DNA of 64,000 nt from Eledone cirrhosa (taxonomy: Eukaryota): the NCBI GenBank assembly GCA_964016885.1, contig CAXHJY010001561.1:14800-78799 (forward strand), in the 5' to 3' direction. Position numbers and translations under genes: made by a program. This document shows, one piece after another, positions 57,064-64,000 of this stretch; positions within the stretch are counted from its first letter, which is position 1, and every line of letters starts with the position of its first letter. The notes under the pieces are model-generated. The model was not told where the DNA came from. It searched no databases and worked only from the letters and a program-made list of their open reading frames with translations.

Positions 57064-57711
57064 CGCTCGTTAGTCTTGGACGCAGTAGTTTCCGATACCT
57101 TCCCTGGCCAACCCCATCTTGAAAGCTCCAACCCATGTCTCAAGGATGGCAAGCGGCACAAGTACTCGACCCTGCTAGAGACATGTATCTTCGAAATCGA
57201 CTGTAAATCGGAATAATCAAATAAATGTGAAGCTACAGACAAAACAGTCTCTGTCTACTTCATGGCTGTGACAGTGAATTGGTCTGGGAATCATCAATGG
57301 CAAGGCATTGTGTGTGTCACCAAAGAGACAAATTCTCAAGAATAAAGGCAAATTCTCATTGGAAATAAATGAATAGAAGACTGTATGTAGTTCGTAAACA
57401 ACATCTCAATTATAGTTCTTAAGTATCGATCGCTCTCCGACAGGTTTGCAGTCGAGCCCCTACCAGTAGAGACTTCTGGTGTCCTTGGCTCTAGGGCTTC
57501 CTCCCTACATACCACCAGAGGCGCTGAGCTGGCGAGCCGCAGGTGTGAGCCTCACGAGATTGAATGGCTCTTCCAGCGCATCCCCCTTACCATGCTCCGG
57601 AGAAACGCCTTCTCCATTCTATCTGCCGGGGCCGTGGAGCCGCCAGCATGTGCGACCCCATTTGCTCATAATAGTGAGAGAGAGGGAGGGCAAGAGAGAT
57701 GGAGGCGATGA
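57064..57711 (+). pseudogene. CRE-clade non-LTR retrotransposon C-terminal restriction-like endonuclease fragments (two pieces)
   Basis: 57064: RSLVLDAVVSDTF...HL...KRHKYSTL...IFEI; 57421: KYRSLSDRFAVEPLPVETSGVLG...EPHEIEWLFQRIPLTMLRRNAFSIL*; GC-rich island. Confidence 0.8.
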
Positions 57712-58034
57712 CAGTGGGAGTTCGGATCCTCAGTGTTCGAACCTGGTGTCCAACAGATTGCAAAAAGCTTTACAAAACACGCAGTTAAATTAACTACGTC
57801 TATTGTATCTCAGATGTCGACTTCAGGTACAAGCAGAGGTGTTCTTAAAAGTTGGTGTACTAAACTACATGGCATGTCCATTACAAATTCTCAGTAAATT
57901 GCCCTTTAAAAAATGTCTTCTTAGTTGAAGCAAGAAAACGAAAACCGAACAGTTAGCGATTCCCCCCAAAAATGAACGAATAATTTCAAGAAATTTCACA
58001 AAATTAATTTACATGCTTAGAGAAAAAGATGTTT

Positions 58035-58265
58035 TTGTGAGTGTCTTGTGAGTGAAATTGGATAGATGGAAACTGTTTGGAAACTTGTCGGATGGACTGT
58101 ACCTGTTAATCAAAGGGTAGCCCTTGTCACACAGAGTGTTATGCTGAATCTCCCTGGGATTAAGGGTACACATATTGGGGAATGCTCAGTCAATTACGCG
58201 TTAATTTCAAGTGCAGGCTGTTCCGTTGATCGAACTAATCGAGCACTCATCATCGAAAGGCCCAT
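58035..58265 (+). mobile_element. CORE-like SINE 3' part
   Basis: TTGTGAGTGAAATTGGATAGATGGAAACTG...AAGGGTACAC...GCAGGCTGTTCCGTTGATCG. Confidence 0.6.
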
Positions 58266-58334
58266 TGATTCGATTGCGTGTACACGATGAATTATGCAAT
58301 GAACTTAATTTCACTTTATAATATATATGTATCA

Positions 58335-58432
58335 GATAGGGTGTGGTAAAATACCAGGTGGACCATAACCCACCAGAGTACTTGATACTTAGGGTAGTAG
58401 AGTGGGTAATAGGAAAAGATTCAGGACTCTGA
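58335..58432. mobile_element. Family D element copy 4
   Basis: CCAGGTGGACCATAACCCACCAGAGTACTTGATACTTAGGGTAGTAGAGTGGGTAATAGGAA. Confidence 0.7.
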
Positions 58433-58437
58433 CGGCT

Positions 58438-59645
58438 CCCCAGCCACACAACCACACAGCCACACAACCACCCAGCCATACAACCACACAACCACCCAAC
58501 CACTCAACCACACAGCCACCCAGCCACACAACCACCCAGCCACACAACCACCACAGCCACACAGCCATCCAGCCCCGCACCCACCCAGTCACACAACCAC
58601 CACAGCCACACAACCACCCAGCCACACAACCACCCAACCACACAACCACACAGCCACCCAGCCACACAACCACCCAGACATACACCCACCCAGCCATACA
58701 CCCACCCAGCCACACAACCACCCAGCCACACACACACCCAGCCATACAACCACCCAGCCACACAACCACCCAGCCACACACACACCCAGCCACACACACA
58801 CCCAGCCACACAACCACCCAGCCACACACACACCCAGTCACACAACCACCCAGCCACACACACACCCAGCCACACAACCACCCAGCCATACACCCACCCA
58901 GCCATACACCCACCCAGCCATACACCCACCCAGCCACACACATACCCAACCACCCAGCCACACAACCACCCAGCCATACACCCACCCAGCCACACACATA
59001 CCCAACCACCCAGCCACCCAGCCACCCAGCCACACAACCACCCAGCCACACAACCACCCAACCATACACCCACCCAGCCATACACCCACCCAGCCACACA
59101 CACACCCAACCACCCAGCCACCCAGCCACACAACCACCCAGCCACACAACCACCCAGCCATACACCCACCCAGCCACACACATACCCAACCACCCAGCCA
59201 CCCAGCCACACAACCACCCAGCCACACAACCACCCAGCCATACACCCACCCAGCCATACACCCACCCAGCCACACACACACCCAACCACCCAGCCACCCA
59301 GCCACACAACCACCCAGCCACACAACCACCCAGCCATACACCCACCCAGCCACACACATACCCAACCACCCAGCCACCCAGCCACACAACCACCCAGCCA
59401 TACACCCACCCAGCCATACACCCACCCAACCACACACATACCCAACCACCCAGCCACCCAGCCACACAACCACCCAGCCACACAACCACCCAGCCATACA
59501 CCCACCCAGCCACACACACACCCAACCACCCAGCCACCCAGCCACACAACCACCCAGCCACACAACCACCCAGCCATACACCCACCCAGCCATACACCCA
59601 CCCAACCACACACATACCCAACCACCCAACCACCCAGCCACACAC
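58438..59645. repeat. C/A-rich minisatellite built from tetramers (CCAC, CCAG, ACAA, ATAC) with a higher-order 240-bp recurrence
   Basis: 59281-59350 is identical to 59521-59590. Confidence 0.9.
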
Positions 59646-59814
59646 TACACACCTCCTACCGCAACCAGTCTTTTCACACACTTCTACACCTACACCACAG
59701 TTCCCCACCCTTCCATTCATGTCCTTCAATCAACCGCACCCCTTTAACACATCTACAGCTGTCAGTTGAACAGTCTGAAGCCAGTCCCCCAAAATAGTAG
59801 CTAGCGCTCATGAA

Positions 59815-62353
59815 TATAGTAGTAGTAGTAGTAGTGGTAGTGGTGGTGGTGGTGGTGGTGGTGGTGGTGGTGGTGGTGGTGGTGGTGGTGGTGGTGGTGG
59901 TGGTTGTGGTGGTCGTGGTGATGGTAGTAGTAGTAGTAGTAGTGGTTGTGGTGGTGGTGGTGATAGTGGTGGTGGTGGTGGTGGTGGTGGTGGTGGTGGT
60001 GGTGATGGTGGTGGTGGTAGTAGTAGTAGTAGTGGTAGTGGTGGTGGTGGTGGTCGTCGTCGTCGTCGTCGTCGTCGTGGTGGTGGTGCTGGTGGTGGTG
60101 CTGGTGGTGTTGGTGTTGGTGGTGATGCTGGTGTTGGTGCTGGAGGTGGTGGTGATGCTGGAGGTGGTGTTGGTGTTGGAGGTGGTGCTGGTGTTGGTGA
60201 TGGTGTTGGTGTTGGTGTTGGTGGTGGTGTTGGTGTTGGTGTTGGTGTTGGTGTTGGTGGTGATGCTGGAGGTGGTGGTGATGCTGGAGGTGGTGTTGGT
60301 GTTGGTGATGGTGTTGGTGTTGGTGTTGATGCTGGTGATGGAGGTGGTGTTGGTGTTGATGCTGGTGATGGTGGTGGTGTTGGTGTTGGTGCTGGTGATG
60401 GAGGTGGTGTTGGTGGCGGTGTTGGTGGTGATGCTGGTGTTGGTGTTGGTGGTGGTGTTGGTGGTGGTGCTGGAGATGGTGCTGGTGTTGGTGCTGGTAT
60501 TAGTGTTGGTGGTGATGCTGGAGGTGGTGATGGTGTAGGTGGTGATGCAGGTGCTGGTGCTGGTGTTGCTGGTGATGGTAAAATAAAGTACCAGTAACAC
60601 ACTGGGGTAATTGCTGGCCTTGTGCCAACAAGTAGAAACAACTATAGTCGTTGTTGTTTATCCGAAGTCAGTGATCAAAGATATTCCAAGCATGACCATC
60701 AAGTCTGATGTGTAGGAAATCCAAGACCACAGGAAATTCAACGAGTCCTTTTTTTTTTATTTGTAAGATGATAGAATGTGGTTTGAGAAAGATTTGGCTG
60801 CTATTTTTAGCAAATCGAGTGACTATGTAGAGGCTACCTCACTGTTGGTGTTGGTGGCGGTGGTTGAGGGTGGAGATAATAGTAGATATTGATGTAGTTG
60901 CCAGCCTTGATCAGACGGCTCTAGAATGAAAGACATTCCAGATGTGACCATCCAGTCGTTTAATATGTAATAGATTGACTACATTATCCAATGTAGCGTC
61001 TTTGAGGATATTTGTATTAAAAGGTTTAAAGAATCCTTTGTCGTTGGTGGTGGTGGTGGTGGTGGTGGTGGTGACATAGCTGGTGGTGGTGGTGGTGATG
61101 GTGGTGACAGTGGTGGTGGTGGTGGTGACAGTGGTGGTGGTGGTGGTGGTGGTGGTGACAGTGGTGGTGGTGGTGGTGACAGTGGTGGTGGTGGTGGTGG
61201 TGGTGGTGACAGTGGTGGTGGTGGTGGTAACAGTGGTGGTGATGGTGGTGCTGGTGATAGTGGTGGTGATAGTGTGGTGGTGACAGTGGTGGTGATGGTG
61301 GTGGTGGTGGTGGTGGTGGTGTTGCTGGTGGTGGTGGTCGTGGTGGTGGTGGCGGTGGTAGTGGTTGTCATCGTCGTTATAGTGATAGCAGCAATGGTGC
61401 CGGTGGTGTAATTGTTGTTTAGCCCCAGGTCAGCCCTGATCGAGCCAACCTATGATCAAATATATCGTTGTTATTTAGCCCTAGGCCAGACCTGGTCGAG
61501 CAGACCAGTGACGAAAAAGGTTGTTGTTGTTTAGCCCTAGGCCAGCCCTGGTCTTGCAGACTTATGATCAAATTTGTTGTTGTTGTTTAACCCCAGGTCA
61601 GCCCTGGTCAAACAGACCTATGAACAAAGGTATTTCACATTTTTTCTTTATTTGCAGAGATATCGGGACCACATTCTAAGACGGTGCAGTGCGATTTGAT
61701 GAGAATTTGGCTGCTTCTTCTAGCAGGTGGGATGACCACGTAGAGATTCCTGTGTCTGGTGTCTGTGGTTAGTGGTGAAAGGGTGGGGTAGTGATAGGGA
61801 AGTTGGCGGCAGTGCATTAGTTAAAGGAGGGAGGTGGTGGTCGTGACGATAGTGGTGGTGGTGGTGGTAGCGGTGGTTGTAATAGTGGTAATAGTTGTAA
61901 TGGTGATGGTGGCGGTGATGGAGGTCGTTGAGGTGGTGGTGGTGGTGGTGGTGGTAGTGGTGGTGGTGGTGGTGGTGGTGGTTGTGGTGGTGGTGGTGGT
62001 GGTGGTGGTTGTGGTGGTGGTGGTGGTGGTTGTGGTGGTGGTGGTGGTTCTTGTGGTGGTGGTGGTGGTGGTGGTGGTTGTGGTGGTGGTGGTGGTGGTT
62101 GTGGTGGTGGTGGTGGTTCTTGTGGTGGTGGTTGTGGTGGATTTGGTGGTGGTGATGGTAGTGATGGTGGTGGTGGTGGTGGTTGTGGTGGTAGTAATGG
62201 TGGTGGTGGTAGTTGTAGTGGTAGGGATGGTGGTGGTGGTGGTGGTGGGTGAATTATTCCCCCGTGGGTTAGAACTTGAAGAAGTGGGTGCCTCAGGGAG
62301 AGAAATGGGAGGAGATGAAGTAAGCGAAATAAAGGTGTGGGCAAGGTGGAGAG

Positions 62354-62406
<53 letters not shown>

Positions 62407-62415
62407 GTTGTTGAT
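59815..62415. repeat. (GGT/AGT/TTG)n trinucleotide fields interspersed with SINE and family N fragments
   Basis: Tracts 59815-60578, 61045-61400, 61830-62250 and 62353-62413; SINE 3' part 60578-60643; ~52-bp unit x4 at 61412-61630. Confidence 0.9.
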
Positions 62416-62454
62416 ATTGTCATCGTCGTTGTTTTTCCGATGTTAGAGAATGGA

Positions 62455-62498
62455 AAGAAATAAAGCAAGAAAGAAAGAAAGAACGAGAGAAATAACGA

Positions 62499-62544
<46 letters not shown>

Positions 62545-63000
62545 AAAGAAAGAAAGAAAGAACGAAAGAAAGAAAGAAGGAAAGAAAGAAAGAGAGAAAG
62601 AAGAGAGAAGGGTGGAGTAATAATATACATGGAGAGAGGGTTTGGAGAAACTAGCTGGTATTGTTTTGTTTCACAAACAGAATCCTTGTAAAACGATGAG
62701 AAAGGGAGGGGCAACATAGAGTGAGGGAGAGAGGGGGGAGAGAAGGACAGGTAGACTTATAGAGAGAGAAATAGAGAGAGGGACAGAGAGAAACAGAATG
62801 ACAAAGGAGAGAGAGAGAGAGAGAGGGGAGGAGACAGAGACAGGTAGACTTATAGAGAGAGAAACAGAATGACAAAGGAGGGGGTAGAGAGAGAGAGGTA
62901 GACATATAGACAGAGAAGAAACAGAGAGAAAGAGATAGAGAGAAATAGAATGACAAAGGAAAGATATAGAGAGAGGGAACAAGAGAGAGAGATGTGAAAG

Positions 63001-63040
<40 letters not shown>

Positions 63041-63050
63041 GAAGGAGAAA
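62455..63050. repeat. (AAAG)n and GA-rich low-complexity region
   Basis: Direct inspection. Confidence 0.9.
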
Positions 63051-63184
63051 GGTAGTGATAAAGAAATAAGTAGGAAGTGTGATGTGGGTGACGGTGGGAG
63101 TTAAGCTTGTGAGTGAGCGTAACAGAAGCTTTATGGCATTAGTAAGTGCTGCTTATTATAAGACCGGGTCAGTTTGAAAGATAC

Positions 63185-63459
63185 TATAAAGAAGTTTCAA
63201 GCAGCCTTACACACCACACAACAAACACGACTTTCTCCCTTTCTCTCTATCTATCTATCTCTAGTCACTTCACTCAATCTTTCACTTTCCACGGGAGATT
63301 AGCCTTTCATACAACAAACTATTGACACTCACTTCATTTTAACAAGAACTACATACGGAACAGAAGCGAAAGTAAAATATCTACATGAGTCGATAAATAC
63401 TTATATAAATATATATATATATATATATATACACAGATATATATTTGTTTCAGGTATGT
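63185..63459 (+). promoter_or_regulatory. Possible TATA promoter and non-coding first exon
   Basis: TATAAA at 63185 in non-repetitive sequence downstream of a GA-rich tract; CT-rich leader; donor-like CAG|GTATGT at 63453. Confidence 0.2.
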
Positions 63460-64000
63460 GTATGCGTGTTATTGTATACCTATAGAAATTCTCTAACATG
63501 CGTAATTACTAACATAGGAAAAGTTACAAGACTTAATAACTTGAAGGAAGTTTAAATATTTGTCAATTTCAACAACAGATCATAATTAATTATTCATATT
63601 GCCAAAAAACACACTATATACACGCATCTATCTATCTATATATCTATCTACTCAATAATATATATGTATATATATATATATATAATATATAGCATTTTAT
63701 ATCTAAATGAATAAATATATTTTATTCAAAATTTGGATTTGGAATTAGTCAATTAAATTTTTCCAATCAAATATTCACATATTTATTCATTAATACATAC
63801 ATTTATTTAATTAATTATTTATAAACATAACTTTTTAAATAATTTGCTTCTAGCATTTTCTTTACTTTTTTATGAGGTGTACATTATAAACGATATATAT
63901 ATATATATATTTATATACACACACATTATTATATACACACACATTATATATATATATGATACGACTTGAGAGATAAAAATATAACATAATTATTATACCT

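Noticed and set aside
57479-57793. 104-aa ORF from the track as a host gene
   Set aside because: A different frame (from 57421) carries the CRE endonuclease motifs
58389-59769. 455-aa H/P/T/Q-rich ORF and overlapping W/G/V-rich ORFs
   Set aside because: Stop-free because of minisatellite composition; several frames on both strands are open
59674-62717. Mucin-like poly-T, poly-P and poly-V ORFs
   Set aside because: (GGT)n trinucleotide fields; the unique parts derive from SINE sequence
63440-63459. AG|GT recursive splice site
   Set aside because: Polypyrimidine tract too short to support without RNA data

Overview
Very AT-rich eukaryotic non-coding DNA, most likely an intron or intergenic region. 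The SINE and microsatellite landscape suggests a coleoid cephalopod such as Octopus; this is inferred from repeat types. No host protein-coding gene can be supported, and almost every ORF in the track is a microsatellite artefact. The window is a mosaic of TA/TG/GA/TACA/AGAT/GGT microsatellites, more than 20 copies of a tRNA-derived SINE with a Meta-like core, CORE-like SINEs, a TIR-bounded MITE family, and decayed LINE fragments (RTE, CR1/L2-like, CRE, R4/Dong-like, Penelope-like). The most striking signal is a set of about seven families of short non-coding elements embedded mostly in (TA)n tracts. They carry minimal type-I hammerhead ribozyme folds (CUGANGA...GAAA...UH, often with a palindromic stem III), some with compensatory changes between copies. 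They have fixed 3' ends fused to the microsatellite and frequent fold-back inversions. This resembles a microsatellite-targeting, ribozyme-bearing, non-autonomous Penelope-derived (retrozyme-like) retroposon system. All folds and alignments were made by eye.
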